Shown piece after piece: positions 53,493 to 64,000 of a DNA stretch of 64,000 nt (within the stretch, counting starts at the first letter, position 1; every line of letters starts with the position of its first letter). The notes beneath the pieces are model-generated. The model did not search any database. It was not told the origin of the DNA and was given only the letters and a program-made list of their open reading frames with translations. The stretch is from a virus (Duplodnaviria > Caudoviricetes). A program made the position numbers and the translations under genes. Where the stretch lies: IMG/VR virus record IMGVR_UViG_3300035501_000578, positions 1-64,000 of that record, one strand, 5' to 3'.

Positions 53493-54857
53493 TCAAATAA
53501 CTTTTTCTAATCTTGTCCAAGTGAGACGTGTTCCGTCTGACAGCGTTCCTGCGAATTTCCTATTTTCATCTCGAAAATAATTACTGATATTTCCATGATA
53601 TTTGTTTTGAGCTTCTTTGAAATTGTGAAATATTTCCCCTGTTTCATTACACATTACCAAAGTATTGCGTGGATGATTATATGTTTTAAGCATATGCTGA
53701 AAATTTAATTGTTTAATATCTTCAATAGACTCATTAATTACATGATTTTTTGAAGCCATATATAAATATCTTCGTATTGTAGTATCGGACAATTTAAGTT
53801 TATCTTGTAACTCGACAATACTTTTTACTCCATTATTCCATTCATTACAAATACGTTTAATTAATGGAGTATTAGCTTCAAGCAAACAATTATCCCAATC
53901 AACATTTTCTATGTCAATTATTTTTGATAATTCTGAATTAACAATATTTTTCTTGATATATTCTTCTCTATTATCAAAATTATAATTACAATCAATTCGT
54001 ATCATGACATATCCATGTTTTTCAGCTTCAATAGTTTTGAATTTATCTCTAGCTTTTGTTTCTTTTAATGTCATTCCAGATAAGTTATTATCAAAATAAT
54101 GCCATCCACCATCCATTTCAATAATATAATATTTATCATTTATTACAATTTGAAAATCATATTTATATGGTTTGATCCAGTCCGGTGAAAATTGAAAATT
54201 ATATTCAATATTTAACTGAGATAAAATACTAGACATTAATCTTTCTGGGAAACTTATTCCTGTTCCGCATTTACTACAAGACAATCCATAATTTGCAACA
54301 TAATAAATTGGAGCATAAATTTCTTCACCACAATCAGGACAAATAAAATACGTTTTTTCATGACTTAATTCTTTGTATTTATGTCCATCTTTTTTATCTT
54401 TTAATAAATTATATAATTTTTTGTTTGTTGCATAAATATCATTAACATACGGAATACAATGATGATTCATTTTTGAATAACATACTGGACAATTGCATTG
54501 TTTTCTTCCAAAAGCATTGCTAGGAATAATAGTAAATTCGCATCCACAATTATGTTTTATTTCTACTGGTGTACGATTGTTTAAGTAATTACCTATCACT
54601 TCATAATCATTACCAAATTCATCATAAAAACGTTCTTCGAATTGTTCTTGTGATAATTTTATTCCACCATAACAAATACAACAATTAATTCCATTCAAAA
54701 TATTTTTTGCAGCTTGATTGCAAATGTGCCCACACTTATTATGTTTAAGCATTATTTTATTTGTACATCCAGTATATCTACCAAGTATTGTATATTTATT
54801 TGGAAATTTCGTTTCTACTTCTTGAACAAATTCTTCATGCGTCTTATTTTTACCCAT
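53493..54857 (-). CDS. Free-standing homing-type endonuclease (Zn-ribbon repeats, DUF559-like domain, NUMOD1-like tail)
   Basis: KTHEEF...H..CG repeats; YDF...IIEMDGGWH. Confidence 0.8.
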   Translation of the reverse strand: MGKNKTHEEFVQEVETKFPNKYTILGRYTGCTNKIMLKHNKCGHICNQAAKNILNGINCCICYGGIKLSQEQFEERFYDEFGNDYEVIGNYLNNRTPVEIKHNCGCEFTIIPSNAFGRKQCNCPVCYSKMNHHCIPYVNDIYATNKKLYNLLKDKKDGHKYKELSHEKTYFICPDCGEEIYAPIYYVANYGLSCSKCGTGISFPERLMSSILSQLNIEYNFQFSPDWIKPYKYDFQIVINDKYYIIEMDGGWHYFDNNLSGMTLKETKARDKFKTIEAEKHGYVMIRIDCNYNFDNREEYIKKNIVNSELSKIIDIENVDWDNCLLEANTPLIKRICNEWNNGVKSIVELQDKLKLSDTTIRRYLYMASKNHVINESIEDIKQLNFQHMLKTYNHPRNTLVMCNETGEIFHNFKEAQNKYHGNISNYFRDENRKFAGTLSDGTRLTWTRLEKVI

Positions 54858-54889
54858 AATCCTTACCTCCTTACAATTAAAAATCCCAA

Positions 54890-55123
54890 CTATTTTGAAT
54901 AGTTAGGATTTTCACGATTCATAACATATTTATTTTTTGTTTTTGGTCTTTGATTAAGATAATCTAAAAGTTCATCGCAATATAGGAACATCCAATATTC
55001 TCTATTTGTTGATGGATTAATACCTTTTGCAATATATCTTAAATGTACTTTCTCCATTAGCTCTTTCTTTAGAGTAGGAGAGTAGCAATAAAAAACCTCG
55101 CTCATAAATATTCCTCTTTTCAA
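54890..55123 (-). CDS. Small DUF5659-like protein
   Basis: FYCYSPTLKKEL...NPSTNREYWMF. Confidence 0.55.
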   Translation of the reverse strand: MKRGIFMSEVFYCYSPTLKKELMEKVHLRYIAKGINPSTNREYWMFLYCDELLDYLNQRPKTKNKYVMNRENPNYSK

Positions 55124-55139
55124 TTAAATTTTTAATAAA

Positions 55140-56894
55140 TTACTTCTTTAACAATCCATCTAAAAATGATGTTGTCTGCTCATTTCTGCTAAAAGCAAGG
55201 AATGACTGAGCCTTTGGTTTTTCTGTTTTAGTATCATCAGTTTTTGCAAATGTCTTAGTTGTTCTGTTTAACTTACCAAGAGCTGCGTCAGCCTTTTCAA
55301 CCAATTCATCTTTAGTAAACTGTTTTAATGTTTCTTTTGCCATAAGAGACTTAAATTCTTTTGTTTCAAGATATTCTGCATATGCATCATCAGAGAATAC
55401 AGTCATCTTATCATCTAATTTCTCTGCTTCCTCATATTTTGCTAATTTCTCAGAAATAGCAGAGTAATTAGAACGCATAGAATCAAGTTCTTCTTTTTCA
55501 GAAGCATTGACAAATTCTGCAAAAACTTCTTCACGTTCTCCATCAAATGCTACGTTATCATTATCAACAGTAAATTTCTGCTTGAAATAATTTCCAAGAT
55601 AAGACTGATAAATGAAATAATTATCATATGTTGATACAATCCAATAGCAGTCATTTAATGTTTCTTCTAATGGAGCAAGTAAGGTATAAAGAATACCTCT
55701 TAAATCTTCATGTGAAACAGAAAATGTTTTTGTAAAAGTAGTAGTATCATTTAATGAATGATCTTCTTTGTCTTTATCATCATTACAGCTATTATCTTCT
55801 TTTACGATAGTATCATCGTTTGTTTCGTCATCAGTTTCAGAATCATCATCTGTGTCGTTGTCTGCATCACTAGAACCTTCATCTGTTACAGTATCATCTT
55901 CCGGATCATCTTTCGCATCGTCCGTATTATCTTCGAATAACTCCGCAAATTTTACTTGAAGTTCTTCGTCAGACATACTTTCATAATCAAATGTGATATC
56001 TTCAACTGTTTTGTTATATTTTTCTAATAGAGATTTAAACATTACTTTGTCGTTTCCTCCTTTCTCTTGTTCATTATCTAGTTGACTTTGTGAATTTATA
56101 TTGAAATTAGATAGAGTAGTCAAAGTTATATTTAACTTATCTAATGTTTCAATTAATTTAGATTGTTCTATTTCTGAAAAATCAGAAAATAATGAATTGT
56201 TTTCTTGAGAAAAGTCTTTAAGTGTTAGACGACTTCCAGCCATACCAGGTGCATAATTAGCTCCTAATAAAGTGCAGCCTTGCACGTAAAAGTCATCAAG
56301 ATATAAGACATGCTCTGTTGCATTCCAGTGCATTTTTCTAATACACAATTCTACCGAACAGTCAACAGTCTGTCTCCTACGCAATATTTCGCAGGTATCA
56401 GTATATTCTTCATAGATTACAATATCAGAAACAACGAAATTTCTTTCATATTCTTCGTCATATTCTGTGTGTATATTTTCAGGATTTACAAAATGACCAA
56501 CTGGTAATTCCTTGTAAACAAACTTATCAAGTTCTTCATTATATTCCATTGTATGACCAGAAAAATCTTTAATAGGATTTCCGTCTTCGTCAACTTGGTC
56601 TGTCTCAATAATATCAGCCATAATAGGTCTGTCTTTGAGAGACATCATTTTTTCTTCTAATATATCTGTTTCAATATGACTTTTGTTATTATTGGTTAAA
56701 TCGTGGAATGCACGAATTTTTCCATATAATAAACCCTCAGATAAACCATCGGACAATTCAAATTTTGCATCAGTTTGTACGGCAATAGTGTATCCTGATT
56801 TTTCTTCACTAAATGTCAATGAATTCTTTTTAGAACTATAAAAATTATATAAGTCATTTATTGTCAATAACTTTTTTTGCTTTTGTCTCGGCAT
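55140..56894 (-). CDS. Prohead protease / scaffold
   Basis: NNNKS..., CSVEL, GCTLLG...PGM protease motifs followed by an acidic coiled-coil scaffold. Confidence 0.8.
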   Translation of the reverse strand: MPRQKQKKLLTINDLYNFYSSKKNSLTFSEEKSGYTIAVQTDAKFELSDGLSEGLLYGKIRAFHDLTNNNKSHIETDILEEKMMSLKDRPIMADIIETDQVDEDGNPIKDFSGHTMEYNEELDKFVYKELPVGHFVNPENIHTEYDEEYERNFVVSDIVIYEEYTDTCEILRRRQTVDCSVELCIRKMHWNATEHVLYLDDFYVQGCTLLGANYAPGMAGSRLTLKDFSQENNSLFSDFSEIEQSKLIETLDKLNITLTTLSNFNINSQSQLDNEQEKGGNDKVMFKSLLEKYNKTVEDITFDYESMSDEELQVKFAELFEDNTDDAKDDPEDDTVTDEGSSDADNDTDDDSETDDETNDDTIVKEDNSCNDDKDKEDHSLNDTTTFTKTFSVSHEDLRGILYTLLAPLEETLNDCYWIVSTYDNYFIYQSYLGNYFKQKFTVDNDNVAFDGEREEVFAEFVNASEKEELDSMRSNYSAISEKLAKYEEAEKLDDKMTVFSDDAYAEYLETKEFKSLMAKETLKQFTKDELVEKADAALGKLNRTTKTFAKTDDTKTEKPKAQSFLAFSRNEQTTSFLDGLLKK

Positions 56895-56949
56895 TTCTTT
56901 CCTCCTTCCTTTAGTTTTTGTATATAAATAAAACTCCTAGTGGAAGGAG

Positions 56950-57138
56950 TTAAATACATAATATATTGCTATATTTGATTTTTGATTGGTCTATATCATT
57001 GGAAAATTGTAATTTGTTATTATTGATAAATGTTATCCAATCATTTGAATTATCCACTTGCTGAAATCCTAATTTAGATAGGGTAGTAGCAGTAGAAGTA
57101 TCTTTTGTTTTTAAAAACTTTTGTTTTTTATTATCCAT
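56950..57138 (-). CDS. Small hypothetical protein (DUF5659-like fold possible)
   Basis: FLKTKD..TA..L.KLGF...TFIN. Confidence 0.55.
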   Translation of the reverse strand: MDNKKQKFLKTKDTSTATTLSKLGFQQVDNSNDWITFINNNKLQFSNDIDQSKIKYSNILCI

Positions 57139-58685
57139 TACTTATTTCCCTTATCTTCATTTTTCCCTGCATTTCTCGTAGACTGTCCTTCTTTAGACAA
57201 CTCATCTTCTGAAACCTCTGGTCTACCACCTTCGCTAGACTGTGTATAAGTAGAAGCAAATGGAATGGCATAATCATTTAAATTAAGAGCAAGTGCATCG
57301 AATCTCAATTTATTATAAGCTACATATGGGGTATCACCCAATGCACACATATAATCCATTTTCCCAATACCAAACGCACAAGCATTTTTCTTTTCATCAA
57401 TAAAATCCTGTCTATTGAACTGAGTTTGATCAAATATTTGTAAATATAATCCATCAGTAATATTATTCTTAATCCAATAGTTTAACCATGATTCAATTCG
57501 TCTTACATAAATTGAGATTTTGCCAAGATCGTTGGCATTAGAATATTTAATACCATTTGCGTTGCTTGAATCTCCGGAACTTACAATAAGCTTATTAATA
57601 CCAGCATTAGCAAATAGATTATTCATTGCTTTATTTAATGAATCTGTATCAGCAGTTGATGTGCTACTTTCGAAATCTATTACGGTTGTGTCTTCATACG
57701 GAATCGTTCCAACTCCAACTAGGTCAGGGACAATTTCATTAAGAATTGCATCAAACTGATTTACTAATTCAAGAGATATTGCAAAGTCATCTACATTGTC
57801 ACTATTCTTCAAAAGTGGAATCTTATTAAGAATCAACTTATAATTCTGCAATTCCTCTTTTGCAACCACTAAGTTCTCAGTGTCTAATAAATTCAAAAGG
57901 CTTTTAAATATTGGCAAGAAATAGGGCAGTGGCATATAAAATTCATCATCTGTACTTGCAATTAAACACAGTGTTTTTTCAGGTGGTAGTCTAAACCATT
58001 CATAATCCCTACCATTATTTTTATATGTTTCATATCCGTCTATGAATGGATCTTTTTCCCATGTTCCAACACCATCATTATTAACACCATAGATGAAATC
58101 CGTATTGTTAGATTTATCAAAATATGCAGCGTCAAAATATACAATCCATTCGCCCTCTTTAGTTTTGCCATATATACGGCAATATTGCACATCTAATGGC
58201 ATTAGGAACATTCCTTCATTATCACTATACTGCATCCATCCAACATATATACCGTCTCTAATGGTGTTAGCAATTACGTTTTGTAATTCTTTTGCCATCT
58301 TGAAATTATGAAATGCTTTTAGTACCTTTTCATAATTTTTAAGCTGTTTTTGTGGATCATAATCTTTAGTATAATCTGCAAGCGGAGTGATGTTATATGT
58401 ATAAAGTGGCATCGTACTGAAATAAGAAATCATCTGCTTATAAAGCATTGATACTCTTGTCAAGAAACGAGATACTTCACGAATATTATCAAGGTTGGTC
58501 AGCGGAGATTGTGCATATGTATCAAGTAAATCTCTTGTATATTGTGTAAATGTTTTAGAAACTGTTTTTGAAACATTGCGCTGTAACAATTCCTGTATTT
58601 TTTCAAAACTGATTTTCTGTGCTTTTTTTCGTTCTACAGTATAATCAGATTCATTTGATTTTGTTATAATTTTTCGTTCATTCAT
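57138..58685 (-). CDS. Portal protein
   Basis: 515 aa directly after terminase; C-terminal STYTQS...GGRP motif. Confidence 0.8.
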   Translation of the reverse strand: MNERKIITKSNESDYTVERKKAQKISFEKIQELLQRNVSKTVSKTFTQYTRDLLDTYAQSPLTNLDNIREVSRFLTRVSMLYKQMISYFSTMPLYTYNITPLADYTKDYDPQKQLKNYEKVLKAFHNFKMAKELQNVIANTIRDGIYVGWMQYSDNEGMFLMPLDVQYCRIYGKTKEGEWIVYFDAAYFDKSNNTDFIYGVNNDGVGTWEKDPFIDGYETYKNNGRDYEWFRLPPEKTLCLIASTDDEFYMPLPYFLPIFKSLLNLLDTENLVVAKEELQNYKLILNKIPLLKNSDNVDDFAISLELVNQFDAILNEIVPDLVGVGTIPYEDTTVIDFESSTSTADTDSLNKAMNNLFANAGINKLIVSSGDSSNANGIKYSNANDLGKISIYVRRIESWLNYWIKNNITDGLYLQIFDQTQFNRQDFIDEKKNACAFGIGKMDYMCALGDTPYVAYNKLRFDALALNLNDYAIPFASTYTQSSEGGRPEVSEDELSKEGQSTRNAGKNEDKGNK

Positions 58686-58712
58686 TACTTAGTGATGTGT
58701 ACCTCCTTTCTT

Positions 58713-60488
58713 TTAGTATTTTGTCACTTTCTTTGGCGCACGAACTGAGAAGAGTTGGGTAGGGGAGTAGATAGGAGATTGTTTTGGTTTAAGTTTTAAA
58801 GCCAATTCTTGACACACATGATAATTCATCATTGCGGCAGAATATCTATCCTTCCTCATACCAGATTTTTCTTTGATTTTTATATTTGTTCCTTTTACTT
58901 CATGGTCTAAATTAATCAACTCATTTACAAGCAAAGAAGTTTGTATATATGGTAATTTTAACATCGCTTGTTCCCTAGAAGTAAATTTAGAATAACCTCT
59001 AACTTTTGTAATAATATCCTCTGCCTCATATTCAGAAAGTAAAAGATTTATATTTCCATTCTGAAATCCTGCTCTCAATGCAAGTGCTGCTTTAGTATTA
59101 AAATCAGCCGTAGCCTTAATAGACCAAATAACCTTATTCGCATTTTTTATACGACAACGACTAGCCATATTATCATCATTCAAACAAGTCATAGCATCGT
59201 ATGTAACTGCATACTCTGCGTCATACTGTGGTTTTGTGCAAAAGTCGTACACACCTAATCCCTGACCATTCGTATCTAAAACTAAATCTGTACACTGATA
59301 TTGATAAAATGTTCTCATTACAATAATTCCTAACTCATCAGTCGTGAGTCCTTCATAAGATTCTTCGTAAACAAAATTAGAAATATAATCATTGTTATCA
59401 GTTGGAATGGCTGAATTTATAATCAAAGCTGAAGAATCATTATTATGGCGTTTACTTGCCATTAAAGCAATATCCACAGATAATATTCTTTTTTCGTTGG
59501 TTTGTAATTCTGGAATTTTTATTTGATGATTTTTATAAATTTCAAGAGGATAAAAAGAATTTTTGATTTTCCTTCTTGCTGATATATCATCGTATTTGAA
59601 GAAAGCTCCATCTGTATCGCCATACCATTCTGCACCCATTTCCATTTTAAAAGAAAGTGGATCAAAATCAGCCTCGCTCATCTCATCCTCAACCTGTTCA
59701 CGAGATAAAAGACCTTCTTTAATCGCTAAATTGTAAGGAAGCCCACAACAAAAATAGCGTTTTGCATCATCCAACATATTTGCGTAATATGCTTGTAATT
59801 TTGAATAGCTCCAATGACTTTTAAACCACGCTGAACTCATATACATCTCGATGTTACGCTCTGTAAGATGAGCATATTCTGGATTATTTAAATATCCAGG
59901 AGAGCGAGGAGCTGTTAAGAATTTTCTTAATACAGTATTTATTGTGTTTAAATCAACCATCCGAAATTCATCTACGACTATGAGCGTGGCTCGGTTGTGC
60001 CTTGCCGAATCATTAGAACTAACTATTTTAATCCAACTACCATTTCTAAAATCCACATGAGCATTATTGATTGAAGTTGAAATATCACTTATTTCAGCTC
60101 TAAGATTAGCCGACCCCCAACTATAATTTTTCATAAAGTCATCATTTATCTTTTGAATTATTTCTAGCGATTGTGCTTTAAAACCTGATGCCACACAGAT
60201 CTTGGTTCCAGGGTAAAGTATACATCTTACAACGCAGTACAAAGAGGTCAACCATGTCTTGCCAGAGCCACGACTTGCAATATACATGAAATTTGTACTA
60301 ACCATCATCATATATATTAAAATTTTTTGGAATAGTTTAAGCCGAACGTTCAGGTAGTTACACACAAATCTTTGCGGGTTTTTTCTAAAATAAGAAGCCC
60401 AATATGCTACACCTTCAAGAACTCTTTCAGATTTTTCTTGGTAAACCTCTTGTAATGTTTTTTTGTTTTGTTTATTTTTAGAAGCCAT
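58713..60488 (-). CDS. terL: Terminase large subunit
   Basis: Walker A ASRGSGKT, Walker B IVVDE, MSSA, nuclease SVDIA and KDRYSA. Confidence 0.93.
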   Translation of the reverse strand: MASKNKQNKKTLQEVYQEKSERVLEGVAYWASYFRKNPQRFVCNYLNVRLKLFQKILIYMMMVSTNFMYIASRGSGKTWLTSLYCVVRCILYPGTKICVASGFKAQSLEIIQKINDDFMKNYSWGSANLRAEISDISTSINNAHVDFRNGSWIKIVSSNDSARHNRATLIVVDEFRMVDLNTINTVLRKFLTAPRSPGYLNNPEYAHLTERNIEMYMSSAWFKSHWSYSKLQAYYANMLDDAKRYFCCGLPYNLAIKEGLLSREQVEDEMSEADFDPLSFKMEMGAEWYGDTDGAFFKYDDISARRKIKNSFYPLEIYKNHQIKIPELQTNEKRILSVDIALMASKRHNNDSSALIINSAIPTDNNDYISNFVYEESYEGLTTDELGIIVMRTFYQYQCTDLVLDTNGQGLGVYDFCTKPQYDAEYAVTYDAMTCLNDDNMASRCRIKNANKVIWSIKATADFNTKAALALRAGFQNGNINLLLSEYEAEDIITKVRGYSKFTSREQAMLKLPYIQTSLLVNELINLDHEVKGTNIKIKEKSGMRKDRYSAAMMNYHVCQELALKLKPKQSPIYSPTQLFSVRAPKKVTKY

Positions 60489-61546
60489 TATTCTTCGCTA
60501 CTTCCAAAAATTTTATCGAATAGAACTTCGCTATCAGTTTCCTCATCGTACTCAGGAGGTTTGACTGCGTACTTTGACATGAATTTTTCGTATAAGTTTG
60601 AAAATCTATTCTTTAAACCGAGCATTTTACAAGCATGCCCCCTATAAAAAACATCAATATAGGTTCCAATTTTATCAACATCCTCTAACTCCGGATCTAT
60701 ATCTGGAAGTGGTCTAGTTTCTTCATATTTTTGAATAAGAGTGCCTAGTGTCTGTGCGTCAGAAAATGTATCCAGCATATTTTGCTTTGGTTTTAAATTT
60801 CCAGTATCAAGCCAATCTTGATATGCTTTATCAATATCTTTTGTTGATTGACCTTTTTTCAAAGCAACTCTTTTCATAAGTTTTAAAATTGATAAGTTCT
60901 CAAAAGTTTCTTCTTGAGCCTTTTGAGAACATTCATATCTGGAAACCCAATCTTGATATTCGTTTTCAAGAAACATAAGCTCTTCATTCGTATAATCTGA
61001 ACCGAACCTTTTCTTTGCAGATTTAATAGTTTTTTGAATAATTTTAGTATTTTCCTCAGTATTATTATCTATATCTTCAATATCAAACTCCGAATCAGAA
61101 AACTTTTTTAAACGATATTGAGGCAATGATTTGATCATTACCGTAAATTGTTGAACTGCTGTAGAACGTATCTTTTCACCTGTTCCTTCAGACAAAATAT
61201 CTAATTGTGCTTTATAATCTTTATCACTGAAATACCAATTTAAACGCCTAAAAGTTTCAATCGTTTTTTCTCTATTATCAATTCTAACTCCATTTTTATC
61301 TATGTCTGTACACATATCAAGTAAACATTCTTTACAAGCATAATGCTCGATTCCACTTTTGGTTTCAGTAGAAGAGTAAAACGCTTTTGAAGTCTTCCAT
61401 TTTCCACAATGCGGACAATACACATAATCCAAATCTAAAAGCCGGTTGTAATCAGCGGCTAATTCGTTATATGCTTTTTTGACATTATTTACAGTTAATT
61501 TCTTAATCTCATCCTCGGTCTTAGCTTGTCGTAAATTAGCCATCAA
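60488..61546 (-). CDS. Zn-finger protein upstream of terL (candidate terminase small subunit)
   Basis: CPHCG...CKEC; coupled to terL. Confidence 0.5.
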   Translation of the reverse strand: MMANLRQAKTEDEIKKLTVNNVKKAYNELAADYNRLLDLDYVYCPHCGKWKTSKAFYSSTETKSGIEHYACKECLLDMCTDIDKNGVRIDNREKTIETFRRLNWYFSDKDYKAQLDILSEGTGEKIRSTAVQQFTVMIKSLPQYRLKKFSDSEFDIEDIDNNTEENTKIIQKTIKSAKKRFGSDYTNEELMFLENEYQDWVSRYECSQKAQEETFENLSILKLMKRVALKKGQSTKDIDKAYQDWLDTGNLKPKQNMLDTFSDAQTLGTLIQKYEETRPLPDIDPELEDVDKIGTYIDVFYRGHACKMLGLKNRFSNLYEKFMSKYAVKPPEYDEETDSEVLFDKIFGSSEE

Positions 61547-61587
61547 TTCACCTTCTTTCCTCTTAATCTATATAAAAAGAGAAGTAG

Positions 61588-62604
61588 TTAAGCTGTTTTA
61601 ACCACTTCTCCAAATTCAGGTATATATTCTTTCCATAAATAATTTTTGTGATATGCACGATTGCCATCACAGACTTTATTTATACTATAAATATCATAAT
61701 AATCATGATTAGCCAAATCTTCCGATTTCCATGTTCGTATATAATTCATATTCATATCGTATTGATTTATATAATATTTTCCGCAACTTCTCCTACTATG
61801 TAAAAGATATTCTTGTGAAAAATCATTCTCTTTTTCAAATTTATATCTCCAAATAAATCCATCATATGAATTTCGTTCATGCCTACAACATCTTGTAATT
61901 GAAGAAAATTTTTTGTAACTATTTTTTAAATCTAAATAATCCCATTCTTTTATTAATCTGCCATATAAGTCATATTGTAGGATTGGAATATTAAAAAATC
62001 TACTATACTTTAACATATATTGTTCAACATCAAAATTTTCTATTTTATCAAATTCGTCTTTATAAAACCAAATATATCCATTTGCTTGATGCGTAATATG
62101 TCTACAACATTGTAATATGGATCTTGCTCTTATATTATTATATGTTCTTTGAACATGAGTTGCACTTCTCCATATACGAACTACATTTCCATTAAAATCA
62201 ATTTGAACAACCTTTTCAGGATTTTTAACTTTTGACATATATTCTTTTTGTTCTTCAGTTAAAATAGTTCCTCTTGATCCACCTCCACCATCAGATAAAT
62301 TATATCCAAATTCAGGATTTTTTGAATCATACTTTGAAATCCAATATATTTCTCTGTCATCCAAATCCTTTTCTTCACATAATTCTAATATTGAAAATTC
62401 AAAATTTTCTTTACCATACTGATTCCAAGCACCTTGTAGATGTCTATTTGAATGAATTTGCTTGTTTAATTCATACTTATGATGCCACCAACGTTGTCTT
62501 ATATCTGTGCTTTGACCTACATATACTTTGCCATTAATAACATTTGTTATGATATAAATGCCACATACATTTTCATCTAATTTAGTCCATAATTTTGCAC
62601 CCAT
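61588..62604 (-). CDS. Free-standing GIY-YIG endonuclease with three NUMOD1-like repeats
   Basis: CGIYII...VYVGQS; repeated I/V.QYD..G..I..W. Confidence 0.9.
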   Translation of the reverse strand: MGAKLWTKLDENVCGIYIITNVINGKVYVGQSTDIRQRWWHHKYELNKQIHSNRHLQGAWNQYGKENFEFSILELCEEKDLDDREIYWISKYDSKNPEFGYNLSDGGGGSRGTILTEEQKEYMSKVKNPEKVVQIDFNGNVVRIWRSATHVQRTYNNIRARSILQCCRHITHQANGYIWFYKDEFDKIENFDVEQYMLKYSRFFNIPILQYDLYGRLIKEWDYLDLKNSYKKFSSITRCCRHERNSYDGFIWRYKFEKENDFSQEYLLHSRRSCGKYYINQYDMNMNYIRTWKSEDLANHDYYDIYSINKVCDGNRAYHKNYLWKEYIPEFGEVVKTA

Positions 62605-62726
62605 ATTTCATCATTTCTCCAATCTCCCCATATCAAAATATTTACATCAAAAGAGAAGAGAAGGGCGACTGGATATGGAGTACAGTCATTTATAGAGTTT
62701 GCAAATCTCTATTATCCTTCTCTTGA

Positions 62727-62806
62727 TCGCCAACCATCAGACTCGAACTGACAAAAGCCCATCTACCACAACCGACAAGCCGTTTTCCCATTTAAACTAC
62801 ATTGGT
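62727..62806 (-). pseudogene. Degenerate tRNA-like element
   Basis: D-arm GTTT/AAAC and T-arm GTCAG-TTCGAGT-CTGAT; acceptor imperfect; anticodon arm aberrant. Confidence 0.45.
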
Positions 62807-62911
62807 ACACTATATATTTCTCTATTTCAATTTCATTCCAAACAAAAAAGAGCCGTATAAACGACTCTTTACCGATTGATCGCAAAATCAACCACAACTG
62901 TATTTAATATT

Positions 62912-63085
62912 TTATTGCGGACTTACCTGAACCATCAATTCCTTAGAATCCCTATCAATAGAAACAGAAAAGTCATGCGAATCCATGAACTCTACAATTT
63001 TTCTGTTTTCTTCTGTAACAGGAGTCCTTTTTAATTCTTTTCTTGCAACAAACGGTAATCTAGGCTTTAAAACATATCCATTCAT
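62912..63085 (-). CDS. Small hypothetical protein
   Basis: Start MNGYVLKP with GGAGG RBS. Confidence 0.55.
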   Translation of the reverse strand: MNGYVLKPRLPFVARKELKRTPVTEENRKIVEFMDSHDFSVSIDRDSKELMVQVSPQ

Positions 63086-63107
63086 ACAATTCCTCCAAAA
63101 ATGATTA

Positions 63108-63353
63108 TTAAAACATACCGCCAAATATAGAATTAAAAGCATCCGTAAAATCAGATTTCCCCTCTTCTAAAACATCAATTAATTTATGCTCACCATATAA
63201 ATTTCTCAATACTTTGAAACTATCAGCTTTTGCTTGCCATAAAGTTTTTTCGTATTCATCGTCTCCATATATACCAACTGGATTTCTACGTTTCCATGAA
63301 GAATCTAAAGCAGCTTTGTATTGTATAAGTTTAGAATATTTACGTTGATTCAT
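63108..63353 (-). CDS. Small hypothetical protein
   Basis: 81 aa, AAAGGA RBS. Confidence 0.55.
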   Translation of the reverse strand: MNQRKYSKLIQYKAALDSSWKRRNPVGIYGDDEYEKTLWQAKADSFKVLRNLYGEHKLIDVLEEGKSDFTDAFNSIFGGMF

Positions 63354-63409
63354 ATTGTTTATCCTTTCAATCTTTATATATATTAAATTTTCTAAATAGA
63401 ACTACACAT

Positions 63410-63625
63410 TTATTTATTCTTATCTTTTCTACGTTTAATATCATCAATAATACAAGAGACAATACCGCCAACCACAATAAACGGCATTATCAAAGATTTA
63501 TATATTATTTGATACCACTTGTCATCATTGTCTAAAACAATTAATGCCCAAGGGAAACAGAATATACCATCTATACATAGATATATAACTAAAAATTTAA
63601 GAATGTAATACCAAATACTAAACAC
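63410..63625 (-). CDS. Small membrane protein
   Basis: Two hydrophobic segments and a basic C-terminus. Confidence 0.5.
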   Translation of the reverse strand: MFSIWYYILKFLVIYLCIDGIFCFPWALIVLDNDDKWYQIIYKSLIMPFIVVGGIVSCIIDDIKRRKDKNK

Positions 63626-63645
63626 CTCTTTTGTTTATTAATTAG

Positions 63646-63718
63646 TGGAAGCGTTGGGACTTGAACCCAATACGATAGCCATACATTGATACTTGACTTC
63701 GTTACCTAATTCACTCCC
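63646..63718 (-). pseudogene. Degenerate tRNA-like element
   Basis: Acceptor GGGAGTG/CGCTTCC, T-arm TTGGG-TTCAAGT-CCCAA; no D stem; 12-nt anticodon loop. Confidence 0.5.
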
Positions 63719-63737
63719 ATGATAGAAGAGGATGACA

Positions 63738-63935
63738 TCAAATTTCTTCTAAACAACACATTACAGCATCCCAATCAGTGTCATAATATTTACCACATTC
63801 ACTGCAAATATAATGAATTCCATCATCATCACAAATATATTCAGATGCTACATATAATTCTTCTTCATTTTCAATCATATTTTTTATTCTTTCTGAAACA
63901 AAATTTTTATCCAATTTGTGCGTTGCGCAAGCCAT
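63738..63935 (-). CDS. Small Cys-containing hypothetical protein (start uncertain)
   Basis: YICSECGKYY Zn-finger-like motif. Confidence 0.4.
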   Translation of the reverse strand: MACATHKLDKNFVSERIKNMIENEEELYVASEYICDDDGIHYICSECGKYYDTDWDAVMCCLEEI

Positions 63936-63996
63936 ATCAGGATTCGAACCTGTATTTCCGATTATGTCGGCGTTCTTTCCGTTGACACTAATGACA
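63929..63996 (-). pseudogene. Degenerate tRNA-like element
   Basis: T-arm CAGG-TTCGAAT-CCTG, CCGA-CATAA-TCGG with a 5-nt loop; partial acceptor. Confidence 0.4.
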
Positions 63997-64000
63997 CGTA

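Noticed and set aside
1-64000. CRISPR array, diversity-generating retroelement, group II intron, lysis genes
   Set aside because: No spaced repeats, reverse transcriptase, template/variable repeat pair or recognisable holin-endolysin pair seen by eye

Overview
AT-rich late (virion morphogenesis) region of a large SPbeta-like siphophage or prophage of a Firmicutes (probably Clostridia) host, almost entirely on the minus strand. Reading right to left: degenerate tRNA-like elements, terminase, portal, protease/scaffold, major capsid, head-tail joining genes, tail tube, tape measure protein (TMP), Dit, tail/Tal, baseplate and fibre genes, a glycosyltransferase module and a tyrosine recombinase. 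The apparent fragmentation of the capsid, TMP and a 2392-aa tail gene is explained by six canonical group I introns. I placed their splice sites by hand from P1/P10 pairing and all restore the frame; one pair encloses a 14-nt micro-exon. There are seven homing-type endonuclease genes, four intronic and three free-standing. The main novelty is a seventh, non-canonical 3.78-kb interruption of the TMP gene (34036-37818). It begins with a ~580-nt highly structured RNA with no recognisable group I or II core. That RNA carries a 27-nt guide complementary to the ligated TMP junction, and the interruption also holds cargo genes on both strands, including a PBECR4-like nuclease preceded by a cloverleaf RNA and a terminator. 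This suggests a guide-directed long-range or trans splicing, or ribosome-hopping, system. Also present are a LexA-box-controlled tail-fibre inversion switch and a GT2-TPR glycosyltransferase paired with a Ser/Thr-rich fibre-like protein. All family assignments come from motif recognition and gene order, not database searches.
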